Below are positions 28,684-37,494 of a stretch of 64,000 nucleotides of DNA, in pieces. This stretch comes from Candidatus Omnitrophota bacterium (GTDB lineage Bacteria; Omnitrophota; Gorgyraeia; Zapsychrales; Zapsychraceae), in NCBI GenBank assembly GCA_035292445.1, contig DATDQB010000009.1, positions 5,632-69,631 of the forward strand, written 5' to 3'. The position numbers and the translations under genes are program-made. Numbering within the stretch: position 1 is the first letter of the stretch; the number at the start of each line of letters is the position of its first letter. Under the pieces are notes generated by a model, which did not search any database, had not been told where the DNA came from, and saw only the letters and a program-made list of their open reading frames with translations.

Positions 28684-29768
28684 TAGTCTCCTCTTAAGGC
28701 TCCAATGATGGGGCTTACCAACGCTGTGTACCGCCCCAAAATATCCTTTTTGTGCTGCAATAATCGCTGATTTAAACCGCTTATCTGTTTGACCCGTGAG
28801 CCGATTGTTTCGATGACTTTATCAAACCCCGTGTCAACGCCAATGATCTCGGCCTGAAATCCCCGGCAAGTTTCCGCCCGCAGATCATGCGCCAGATTGA
28901 TCCCGGGGATGCCCATGGACGCACAAATGCCGATGCCATGCACGCGCGGGCCGATCACCAGATCGAACTGACGATATATCTTCAGATAATCGCTGGAATC
29001 ATAGGAATAAAAACAGTTCATCGATGGAAAATCCTGCTTAAAAACAGCCAGCTCATCAATGTAATGGCATACAAATTCAAACCGCAACTTCCCCGCATAA
29101 TTTTCTAAAAAACGTTTGTACAGATCCATCATATAGGAATACGTGGCGGATTCCAACCGGTTATTGCGGACCGACCGATGGGTGCTGTAGATCAATCCCA
29201 CTGTCTTGACTTCACGGATGTCCCGCTCATGCTCTTGCGCTGCTGCGAGCAAGGACGGGCATGGCAAGAGAACCGGATTAAATCCGGCAAGTTTTTTCTG
29301 CGCCAAGGAATCCCTGACGGCGATCAGCGCTGAGCGTTTCAATACATTTTTATACGTTTCAGCCAACGAGCTCAGATCGAAATCGGCCCCTAAGCCGATC
29401 CCCATATATGCCGTTGGAATGGAAAATTTATCGATGTAATCGTACAAACCTTTAAGGCGGGGGCTCGCCCATTCCGGTGAGCCGGCGAAAATGACCAGAT
29501 CGATAAACTTGTTATCTTTTAAACTGGCCTTGAAGGAATTATCATACATCCCCAGTTTCAATCGTTTCATCCTGGGAATGCCTCCTTTAAAGCGCATTTC
29601 AAAAGCGCTGCCGCTTTCGTGCTGGATCTCGGGATTGCGGTTAAATATAACGGGGTTGAAATGGGGATCAATGCCCCTCAAAAGGTTCAATATTCCCGTC
29701 AAAATAAACTCATCACCCGGGTTCCATTGCCTCGTCGTCGAAAATAAAATGTTTTTTCTGTTTTTCAT
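28683..29768 (-). CDS. Polysaccharide pyruvyl transferase family protein
   Basis: WNPGDEFI, GIGLG, IAVRD and IGPRVHG. Confidence 0.82.
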   Translation of the reverse strand: MKNRKNILFSTTRQWNPGDEFILTGILNLLRGIDPHFNPVIFNRNPEIQHESGSAFEMRFKGGIPRMKRLKLGMYDNSFKASLKDNKFIDLVIFAGSPEWASPRLKGLYDYIDKFSIPTAYMGIGLGADFDLSSLAETYKNVLKRSALIAVRDSLAQKKLAGFNPVLLPCPSLLAAAQEHERDIREVKTVGLIYSTHRSVRNNRLESATYSYMMDLYKRFLENYAGKLRFEFVCHYIDELAVFKQDFPSMNCFYSYDSSDYLKIYRQFDLVIGPRVHGIGICASMGIPGINLAHDLRAETCRGFQAEIIGVDTGFDKVIETIGSRVKQISGLNQRLLQHKKDILGRYTALVSPIIGALRGD

Positions 29769-29775
29769 GACGAAC

Positions 29776-30714
29776 TTATCCCTGAAAAATATGGCCCTTT
29801 TCGATGCGGTAACCCAATAAAAAGTCTTTTACGTCCATCGGTTTACTGTCGGCCAAATGCACGGCCCACAGCGCCAATACTCCCTCTCCCGTAGCCACCA
29901 CGATCTCGCTCTTCGAAACTTCAACGATCTCTCCCGGCGCCGCCAATGGAACTTTCCCCTGAAGCGCATGGGAAATAAGGACCTTCAACTGCTTCCCCTT
30001 ATACATTGTATACGCCGACGGCCACGGCTGAAGAGCGCGTACAAGGTTATAGATCTCAACAGCGGATTTTCGCCAATCGATCTTGCCCATTTCTTTCGTT
30101 AATTTGGGGGCGAAGGTGGCCTTCTTTGGATCTTGGGGTCGTAGGGGCCGCTCGCGAGCGGCCCCTACATTATCAATCGTCTCGATCAAAAACGCCGGGC
30201 CGATTCTTTTCATTTTTTCTCTTAAAGACAACGCGGTATCCTCATCATCAATATCGATCTCCATTTGCGCCACGATATCACCGGCATCCATTTTTTCATT
30301 CATCTTGATGATCGATATCCCCGTTTCCTTCTCTCCTTTGATGAGAGCCCAGTTAATGGGGGCCGCCCCGCGGTATTTAGGCAAAAGGGAGCCGTGCACA
30401 TTGATGGAAAATATCTTGGGGACATCCAACAGTTGTTGCGGCAGGAACTTGCCGTAGGCGATCACGACAAATAGATCCGCCTTTAGATCCTTTATTTTCT
30501 GCTGAAAGCCTTTATCTTTTATATCTTCCGGCTGAAGGACTGGAACTTTATTCTTCAACGCAATCTCTTTAACAGGGCCGGCCGTCAGTTTCATGCCGCG
30601 GCCTTGAGGCTTGTCCGGCGGCGTGACACAGGCAAGGACCTTGTGGGGACTTTTGAACAAGGCCTCTAAATGGACGGAGGCGAAATCATCACTGCCAAAG
30701 AAAATAATATTCAT
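29776..30714 (-). CDS. fmt: Methionyl-tRNA formyltransferase
   Basis: IIFFGSDDFA, TPPDKPQGRG, INVHGSLLPKYRGAAPI and MDAGDI. Start at MNIIFF (30714). Confidence 0.95.
   Translation of the reverse strand: MNIIFFGSDDFASVHLEALFKSPHKVLACVTPPDKPQGRGMKLTAGPVKEIALKNKVPVLQPEDIKDKGFQQKIKDLKADLFVVIAYGKFLPQQLLDVPKIFSINVHGSLLPKYRGAAPINWALIKGEKETGISIIKMNEKMDAGDIVAQMEIDIDDEDTALSLREKMKRIGPAFLIETIDNVGAARERPLRPQDPKKATFAPKLTKEMGKIDWRKSAVEIYNLVRALQPWPSAYTMYKGKQLKVLISHALQGKVPLAAPGEIVEVSKSEIVVATGEGVLALWAVHLADSKPMDVKDFLLGYRIEKGHIFQG
30141..30168. repeat. Perfect 28-bp GTAG-REP palindrome inside the fmt coding sequence
   Basis: GTAGGGGCCGCTCG|CGAGCGGCCCCTAC, translated as VGAARERPL. Confidence 0.85.
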
Positions 30715-30720
30715 TGTCTT

Positions 30721-30790
30721 GTACGTAGTACTTAGTACGTAGTACATAGTATGCTTTCTATGTACTACGTACTACGTACTACCGACTACC
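30721..30790. repeat. GTACGTA/TACGTAC heptamer hairpin array
   Basis: GTACGTA-GTACTTA-GTACGTA-GTACATA-G...C-TATGTAC-TACGTAC-TACGTAC-TACCGAC-TACC. Confidence 0.85.
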
Positions 30791-30796
30791 CACTGA

Positions 30797-32638
30797 TTAC
30801 GGATCTACATTCAACGCTATCACGACACTTCTTTTTTTCATTTCCTTAATGCCCTTTTTGGCCAGATCGAGCATGGGCTTAAGGTTTTTCCCTTTGAGCA
30901 TTATAGTATAGCGGTACTGGTCGCGCAATTTCGGTATCACATCGGCCGAAGGTTCCGAAACTTCAACGTTCTTCGCCGCCTTAGCTTTTAGAAGCCCATC
31001 AAGGGCCTGGCCTTGCTCCAACACCGCCTCTTCCTTCTTTCCTCTTAAGTTAACCGCTAACAGATGGGCAAAAGGGGGATACTGTAATTCTTTTGAGAAC
31101 TTAAGCTCTTGCCGGTAAAACCCGTCAAAATCCCAGTGCCTGGCGGCCTTGAGGCAATAATTCTCCGTGTCCCTCGTCTGAATGAGCAATTTATCTTTTG
31201 TCATCTGGGCCAAGCGCACCAACAATGAAAACGCCTTTTGGGCACAACGAAAATCGAAACGGTTGATCTCAGCGTCAAAATTCATGACCGCCGTCAGATC
31301 CGATTTTAAATGCCCGCGCCATCTGATGATCGCCTGGGTCGCCAGAATAACATTGGCTTGCTCAGGGAACGCCTTTGTCTCTTTATCGTAATGGGCGACT
31401 TTGGCCTCCGGGTATAACCGGGCCACGTCGCTTTCCAATTTTTCGATACCCATTCCGGTCGAACGCAAATAGGAACCCTGGCATTGCGGGCAGATTTTGG
31501 GCAGATCCGATTCATGGTTGCAATGCCGGCAAACAAGCTTTTTCTTGGAATATAAGAAAGTCAGCATGCAATCGCAGCGGGGGCACTTCATGGTGAACCC
31601 GCACTGATTGCAGCGCGTCATCGTCGTGAACCCGCGGCGGTTCATAAAAAGCATGACCTTCCCCTTCTTTTCCAGCGTTTGCCGGATATTGTTCTGAAGA
31701 GGGACCGATAAAAAGGACGATCGCTGGGGATTATAATTGCCCATGTCGACAAGCTGAACGCTGGCCAACACGCCTTCGGGGGACAGCTTTTCCCACTTTT
31801 GCTTCCTGGTATTTTCCCAAATAACGGCACTCGGGCAGGCGCTCACGAACATGACGTCCGCGCCTTCGATTCTACGGCGCATCAAGGCGACCTCATTGAC
31901 GTGATAATGCGGCGTCTGGTCCTGCTTATACGCGCTGTGGTCTTCCTCATAAATGACGATCAGCCCTAAATTCAAAAGCGGGGCAAAAACGGCCCGGCGG
32001 GTGCCAAGAACAATGAGCCCGGGAGTTGTTTTAATTTTCTCCCATTCTTCTTTTTCCGCCTGCAACGGCAATTTCTTATCCAATCGTATGATCCGCTCCT
32101 GAAAAGAAGCTAATTTCTCGCAAGCTTCATCAACATAATTCTTCTCGGGAAAAAGCAAAATGACGCCTTTATTCGATTTCAGTTGTTCCTCGATCCTTTG
32201 GTACACGATCTCCCAATGTTTCATCCAGCCAATATCATGGACCAGCGTGGCCTTTCCCGGCTGAAGAGGATCCTTCTGCGGTGTTTGTGGTAACGGAAGA
32301 TCCGTTTTCTGGGCGCCTCTTAAGGAAGGCGGAAAATACGCTTCGATCGATTCCCCCCAGCTGCAGCCGTAATGGTCGCTGAAGGCTTTTGTAAGCCGCA
32401 GGGCTTTCTCATCGAGGCTTGGGGCAGCCGTGTCCAGGATCTCCAGAACAGGATTGAGCTTCTTGAAAGCGCTCTTTGATCTAAAGCCGACAATGTAACC
32501 TATTTTTTTTCTTTTGTTAAAAAGGACCCGCACGCGTTGGCCCGTTGCGATCTGTCGCTGCAATGAAGCATCGACAAAATAATCAAACGGGCCTTCAACG
32601 GGAAGGCCAACGACGATTTGAGCGATCGTTTCTTTCAT
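30797..32638 (-). CDS. priA: Primosomal protein N' (PriA) with degenerate helicase motifs
   Basis: N-terminal 3'-binding domain (FDY...GQRVRVLF), GTRRAVFAP, NRRGF, an eight-Cys zinc finger and YPPF. Confidence 0.88.
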   Translation of the reverse strand: MKETIAQIVVGLPVEGPFDYFVDASLQRQIATGQRVRVLFNKRKKIGYIVGFRSKSAFKKLNPVLEILDTAAPSLDEKALRLTKAFSDHYGCSWGESIEAYFPPSLRGAQKTDLPLPQTPQKDPLQPGKATLVHDIGWMKHWEIVYQRIEEQLKSNKGVILLFPEKNYVDEACEKLASFQERIIRLDKKLPLQAEKEEWEKIKTTPGLIVLGTRRAVFAPLLNLGLIVIYEEDHSAYKQDQTPHYHVNEVALMRRRIEGADVMFVSACPSAVIWENTRKQKWEKLSPEGVLASVQLVDMGNYNPQRSSFLSVPLQNNIRQTLEKKGKVMLFMNRRGFTTMTRCNQCGFTMKCPRCDCMLTFLYSKKKLVCRHCNHESDLPKICPQCQGSYLRSTGMGIEKLESDVARLYPEAKVAHYDKETKAFPEQANVILATQAIIRWRGHLKSDLTAVMNFDAEINRFDFRCAQKAFSLLVRLAQMTKDKLLIQTRDTENYCLKAARHWDFDGFYRQELKFSKELQYPPFAHLLAVNLRGKKEEAVLEQGQALDGLLKAKAAKNVEVSEPSADVIPKLRDQYRYTIMLKGKNLKPMLDLAKKGIKEMKKRSVVIALNVDP

Positions 32639-33720
32639 GAAATGAGCGATTTGATGTCGCGTACGGCTTGCGGACGGGCCAATTCTTTCGTCTTGTTAAC
32701 GACCGTTCGATAAGCGTCTTTGGAGGAGCGAAGCGTTTCCATATGTTTGGCGATCTCCTTGATGGAACAACCGCTGATGCCGATGCCGTAATACTTAAGC
32801 ACCTTCACATTGCCGATCTCCTGGCCTGGGATCGCGTTAAAAAAGATCAAAGGCAACTGGCTCACCAACGCCTCCGTGATCGATAGCCCCCCGGGTTTGG
32901 TGACCATGCAATCGCTCACGGCCATCAGCTCATGCATATTGTCCACCAGCCCCAGAACATGAACATTGGCAGGCATGCCCTCGCTTAATTTTTGATATAA
33001 CTTCTTATTATGGCCGCAAACGACCAAAACCTGGAAACCCTTTATTTCATTGATGATCTGCTCGATGGGCCCGATGCCGAAGGAGCCGGTCGCGATCAAC
33101 ACCGTAAAGGCGTCTTTGGTGAGCCCCATTTTCTCTTTTAAGGCCGCGACATCATAGGCTTGCGTGAATTTCTCATCAACGGGGATGCCGGTCGTGACGA
33201 TCTTGCGCTCCACGACCCCCAATTGCTTCAATTTTTGCTGCGTATAATTACTGGCGACCGCATAAACATCCACCCCATCCGCCAGCCAGATCCTATGCAC
33301 GTCATAGTCAGTAATGATGCAGGCAATGCGCGCGTGAATCTTCTTGCGGGCTTTAAGGGTCGAGGCGACCTCGGTCGGGAAAAAATGCGTTGAGAAAATA
33401 TAATCGAACTGCTCCTTGACCAGATAATCATGGAGTTTAGGCGCATTAAATTGGTTATACCACCGGCGGAAAAATCGGACGATCGGCTGAAGCCAGGGGA
33501 TATCCAATAGGGCGAAGATGATCCCCCAAAGAGAAGGGATATGGGTGATCAAGAACGCATAAGTACCCCCGTAAAGTTTCTTATACAAAGGGCTGGAGTG
33601 GTCCAACGCATCGACACAAACGGCCTCATAAGAAGTATTTTTTTGGATGCCCTGAAAAAGGGCCTCCGCCGCTTTTCGATGGCCGGCCCCGGCAGAGGCA
33701 TAAGTGATGAGGATTTTCAT
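32635..33720 (-). CDS. MGDG-synthase/UgtP-like glycosyltransferase (GT28)
   Basis: ASAGAGHRKAA, TGIPV, TKPGGLSITEAL and IPGQE. Confidence 0.87.
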   Translation of the reverse strand: MKILITYASAGAGHRKAAEALFQGIQKNTSYEAVCVDALDHSSPLYKKLYGGTYAFLITHIPSLWGIIFALLDIPWLQPIVRFFRRWYNQFNAPKLHDYLVKEQFDYIFSTHFFPTEVASTLKARKKIHARIACIITDYDVHRIWLADGVDVYAVASNYTQQKLKQLGVVERKIVTTGIPVDEKFTQAYDVAALKEKMGLTKDAFTVLIATGSFGIGPIEQIINEIKGFQVLVVCGHNKKLYQKLSEGMPANVHVLGLVDNMHELMAVSDCMVTKPGGLSITEALVSQLPLIFFNAIPGQEIGNVKVLKYYGIGISGCSIKEIAKHMETLRSSKDAYRTVVNKTKELARPQAVRDIKSLIS

Positions 33721-33738
33721 AATAGGGTGGTGAAAAAG

Positions 33739-34407
33739 TTATCGCCTGCGATCCGTTAACCGGCGACCAAGGTTAATGCCGCCGATCTTGCGGCGCCTTT
33801 TATTGACGATGATGCGTGCCAGCTTGGAGCGTTTACGGATAATTTGCACTTTGCCGTACCCTGTGATCAATTTCGACGCCTCCAACAGGTCCCTGACAAT
33901 ATAATCCGGCTCAACGTCATCCCATCGGCGCATATACAAAACGTCTTCACGGCCGGACAAGACAAAAATAGTCTTACAGTCGATATTTTTCCCGGTTTGA
34001 ATATCCACCTCGGTATCACCGACAAAATAAGCCTTACGGGCACTGCGCATATTGGCGTTCAACAGCTGCATCGCTTTCTTAATGGAACCGACGGCGGGTT
34101 TACGCATCGTGCAGCCTTCATCGCGGCGGCGGATCGAATAAAAAACTTTTTTGATCCGCCCTCCTGCCTTACGGACTCCCCGAAGCATTTTTCTGGTAAT
34201 TTGGTCCAATTTTTTCTTGGTAAAAAGTCCTTTGCCGACACCGGCCTGATTGGAAACGACAAATATCGTATAACCGGCCCGCGTCAAATTTCTGATGGCC
34301 TCCAAAGCCCCCGGAATAAAATAAAAATCCCTGCAAGTCGTCACGTAGCGGCCGTTGCCGGGAAATTCATTAATAACGCCATCTCTGTCAAGAAACACGA
34401 TTTTCAC
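33739..34407 (-). CDS. gmhB: GmhB-like HAD phosphatase (heptose-1,7-bisphosphate phosphatase)
   Basis: VFLDRDGVIN, SNQAGVG, RKP and FVGDTEVDI. Confidence 0.8.
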   Translation of the reverse strand: MKIVFLDRDGVINEFPGNGRYVTTCRDFYFIPGALEAIRNLTRAGYTIFVVSNQAGVGKGLFTKKKLDQITRKMLRGVRKAGGRIKKVFYSIRRRDEGCTMRKPAVGSIKKAMQLLNANMRSARKAYFVGDTEVDIQTGKNIDCKTIFVLSGREDVLYMRRWDDVEPDYIVRDLLEASKLITGYGKVQIIRKRSKLARIIVNKRRRKIGGINLGRRLTDRRR

Positions 34408-34427
34408 TTCTTAATTACCTCAAATCG

Positions 34428-35198
34428 TTAGAATTTTTTGATAATTTTTTCCCATCGGGAACCGTGAATAAAAAAATAATTCCTGCTTCCTTGGAAATGA
34501 CCTATCCCCTTAAGATTTCCATCCTCAAAGACAGCCAGCTTATAACCTTTGCTGAAAAAAAAATCTTCCAAATCTTTTACGCTTTGCCCGTAACGGTTCA
34601 AACTTTTCTCATCCACTTCGCTCATGACAACCGGCTTATCTCTTTCGATGACACCCACTCCTCCCTGATAAGCCAGAAGCTCCGCCCCCTCGATGTCGCA
34701 CTTAATAAAGTCCACCCTTTTGATATTCTCTTGAGAACAAAATACGTCTATGGTCGTCATGGAAACAACTTCACATAAAGCGTCGGAATTTTCTTTTTCG
34801 TCTATGTAAGCAAGGGATGGGCCGACTTTCCCGGATCTTTTGATCGGCGAAAAAAGTTTAATTTGTTTTTCCTTGTCCGATAGAGCTTTTTTCGTAACAA
34901 TAACATTATTTAACCCGTAAAATTTCTTAATGGCCGTCAAAACCCTGTAACTGTAACGGCCGGGCTCAAAACTATAAACCCGGCCCGCCCTCCCGACAAT
35001 CCTGGATAAAGGCAAGGCGTATCGGCCATAGGCGGCCCCGATATCAAGACAAATGCTGCCAGGATCTACGATCTTGTCCAATATCATCACCTCCGGCTCA
35101 AACTTGACATTCTTAGAATTGCGTAGAATCGTTTTGACCGTCGTAGAAAAGACGCTCAAATAATCCTGATACAGCCTGCTGTGAAGAAAATTTCCCAT
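34428..35198 (-). CDS. FkbM-family methyltransferase
   Basis: LDIGAAYG, VYSFEP and FIKCDIEGAE. Confidence 0.88.
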   Translation of the reverse strand: MGNFLHSRLYQDYLSVFSTTVKTILRNSKNVKFEPEVMILDKIVDPGSICLDIGAAYGRYALPLSRIVGRAGRVYSFEPGRYSYRVLTAIKKFYGLNNVIVTKKALSDKEKQIKLFSPIKRSGKVGPSLAYIDEKENSDALCEVVSMTTIDVFCSQENIKRVDFIKCDIEGAELLAYQGGVGVIERDKPVVMSEVDEKSLNRYGQSVKDLEDFFFSKGYKLAVFEDGNLKGIGHFQGSRNYFFIHGSRWEKIIKKF

Positions 35199-35989
35199 TA
35201 TTTATCCTTGGGAAGATAAATCCCTCTATCTTTGATCTCACAGTATTTGCTGTAGGCGGCAAACTCATAAAACCCGCTCAACGCGGCGGCCACAAATCCG
35301 TAATAACCGTCCTTATAACCTTTTTTGCGGACAAAACGGCGGAAGAAACGGTCAACGGTCCTGCGCATGGCCCTGGCCCGGCTCATTTTCCGCCCGTCCA
35401 AATACCACTTAACCGCTTCAAGGGTCGAATGATTGTTGACCTTGCGGATAAAATCCTCGATGTTCGCATAGTTATAATGGATCAGGCTCTCTTTCAGATT
35501 TCTTCCTTTTGTCCCCGGCGCCAATTTAATCCCCGGATGGACGACGTCATACGCCGCCTCGCTCCATTGAACAAAATTCTTATTGTATAAACGAATATGG
35601 GGGTTGGACCAGCCGCCGTATTTCAAACGGACGTTTCCCAAATAGCATATCTGCGGGATCCAAAAGGCAACGACGTTCTCGGGCGGATTAGATAAAGTCG
35701 CGGCAATCTCCTGTTTTAGCTCAGGGGTCGGGCGCTCATCGCAATCGAGCATCATCACCCAGTCGTTCTTGGCCTTGGAGACGCCAAAATTCCTCTGGCG
35801 GCCCTCCAGATCCATTTTACGGGTAAATACCTTGTCCGTGAAAGCGCGCGCCAGCTTGAGCGTCTGATCGCTGCTTCCGTCATCAATAATAACAACTTCA
35901 TCGGCCCAACCGTGAACGCTTTCAATGCACTCTTTGATATTAAGCTCCTCATTCTTGGCAAGGATAATGATGCTCAAAGGGATGCTCAT
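35198..35989 (-). CDS. GT2 glycosyltransferase (WaaE/KdtX-like)
   Basis: LSIIILAKNEE, DDGSSD, QRNFG and LDCDER. Confidence 0.88.
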   Translation of the reverse strand: MSIPLSIIILAKNEELNIKECIESVHGWADEVVIIDDGSSDQTLKLARAFTDKVFTRKMDLEGRQRNFGVSKAKNDWVMMLDCDERPTPELKQEIAATLSNPPENVVAFWIPQICYLGNVRLKYGGWSNPHIRLYNKNFVQWSEAAYDVVHPGIKLAPGTKGRNLKESLIHYNYANIEDFIRKVNNHSTLEAVKWYLDGRKMSRARAMRRTVDRFFRRFVRKKGYKDGYYGFVAAALSGFYEFAAYSKYCEIKDRGIYLPKDK

Positions 35990-35995
35990 GAATCT

Positions 35996-36071
35996 CTCCC
36001 GTTCATTTTTCTCATTTCCTTTTTAAAAGGAAATGAACGAGGCTCGTCCCGACATATGTCGGGACGGCCTT
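35996..36071 (-). repeat. Structured element, copy 3 of 3
   Basis: AGGCCGTCCCGAC-ATAT-GTCGGGACGAGCCT-CGTTCATTTCCTTTT-A-AAAAGGAAATGA-GAAAAATGAACG-GGAG-6nt-ATG. Confidence 0.8.
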
Positions 36072-37431
36072 ACAATTCCTTCAATTTCTGATTATTGAGA
36101 CCCAGATGTTGCACGGCAACGGTAGCGCCCATCATGATCCACATAAAAGACGCTAACTTAATAGAAGTAAAAGCGGTGTCAAAAGAACTATGGACCAAAA
36201 AACCCAATAACCCCGCCAGAAGGCCGAATAAGATCTGTTGAACCTGGTCCTCAGCGATCCTTTTGGCGTTGCGCAGCGAAGCGATGAAAAAACGGACCAT
36301 CATGTGCACATAGACCGCCAACCCTAAAAGGCCGATTTCCGCGCCCATTTGCAAATAGCCATTATGCGAGTACTGCAACGGCTCAAGGTACATCTGCTTT
36401 AATTTCCCGACATAATTGCCGTAACCGACCCCGAAAAACGGATAAATTCCGATGACAAGACAGGCTGTTTGCCAATAGGGCAGGCGGTTGGACAGGCTGA
36501 AAAAATCCCCGAGGCTGGGGCCGCTGAAAATAATATCCAACCGGGCATAACTGGCAAAATAAAAAAATAATATAAAGAACGCCAACAAAAATGCTCCCAT
36601 CAGAAGGAATTTTTTCTTCTTATCGACCAATAACAAAAAAATCACGCTGCAGATAAAACTGAACCACGCGCCCCTGGAGAATGTTGCCCCCAACAGAAAA
36701 AGAGCATTCAAAAACAAAATGGCGACCGCCCATTTATTTTTGAACGGGACCAATCTCATTTTCACATCGACTTTAAGGTCCATCAATAAGATGCACAGCA
36801 ACACCGGCAGGACCATAACCAAATACGTGCCGAAATCGTTGCCATGGCGGAAAGCGCCCGTCACCCGGCCCATGACCATGCTGTTGCCGGAAAAAAAGCT
36901 CATGTTGGTACAAAACTGGTATATACCGTCAGAAACGACCAGAACGAGCGACAGAAAAAACGCGCTGAAAAACGAGTAAAGCCTTTGCCTGGAATTCAAA
37001 GCCTCGACCGATAGAAAAAATAAATAGATCTCCTTTAAATATCTCGAGAAAAATTTGCGGACACCGATGGATTCAAACCCGTTGGCGGCCAGGCTTAATA
37101 AAATACAGATCCCAATTACCAATAACCAACCATTGATCGGATTATTGACAGGCTTGAAAGATCGGAAGAAAATCCTCACACGCTGCATAAATGTTGCCGA
37201 TCCCTTGGCAGCCTTTTGGTTTTGCAGCGACGCGCTATAGATCACGCTTCTTTTCACGCAAAATGCCAAAAGCATCAAAACACAAGCCGCATTGATGATA
37301 GCGATCGACCTGGGCAAAAAGAAGACACCCACGCATAAAAAAATAATCAACGCAGAATCAGCATAGTGAAAAATCTTAGACTGTACTTTGGAAAAAAAAA
37401 GGTCATTGGTTTCCAGCGAATCGATTTTCAT
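36070..37431 (-). CDS. O-antigen ligase family protein (WaaL/Wzy_C)
   Basis: Many TM helices; TFSRGAW, GVGYGNY and HNGYLQMGAEIGLLG. Start uncertain (37431). Confidence 0.85.
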   Translation of the reverse strand: MKIDSLETNDLFFSKVQSKIFHYADSALIIFLCVGVFFLPRSIAIINAACVLMLLAFCVKRSVIYSASLQNQKAAKGSATFMQRVRIFFRSFKPVNNPINGWLLVIGICILLSLAANGFESIGVRKFFSRYLKEIYLFFLSVEALNSRQRLYSFFSAFFLSLVLVVSDGIYQFCTNMSFFSGNSMVMGRVTGAFRHGNDFGTYLVMVLPVLLCILLMDLKVDVKMRLVPFKNKWAVAILFLNALFLLGATFSRGAWFSFICSVIFLLLVDKKKKFLLMGAFLLAFFILFFYFASYARLDIIFSGPSLGDFFSLSNRLPYWQTACLVIGIYPFFGVGYGNYVGKLKQMYLEPLQYSHNGYLQMGAEIGLLGLAVYVHMMVRFFIASLRNAKRIAEDQVQQILFGLLAGLLGFLVHSSFDTAFTSIKLASFMWIMMGATVAVQHLGLNNQKLKEL

Positions 37432-37444
37432 AAACTCATATTCT

Positions 37445-37494
37445 GTACGGGCGACCCCTGCCTCGCCGGCAGGCGGGCGCCGGGTCGCCCCTAC
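37445..37494. repeat. GTAG-REP with a nested CCTGCC...GGCAGG palindrome
   Basis: GTACGGGCGACCC-[CTGCCTCGCCGGCAGGCGGG]-CGCC-GGGTCGCCCCTAC. Confidence 0.8.
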
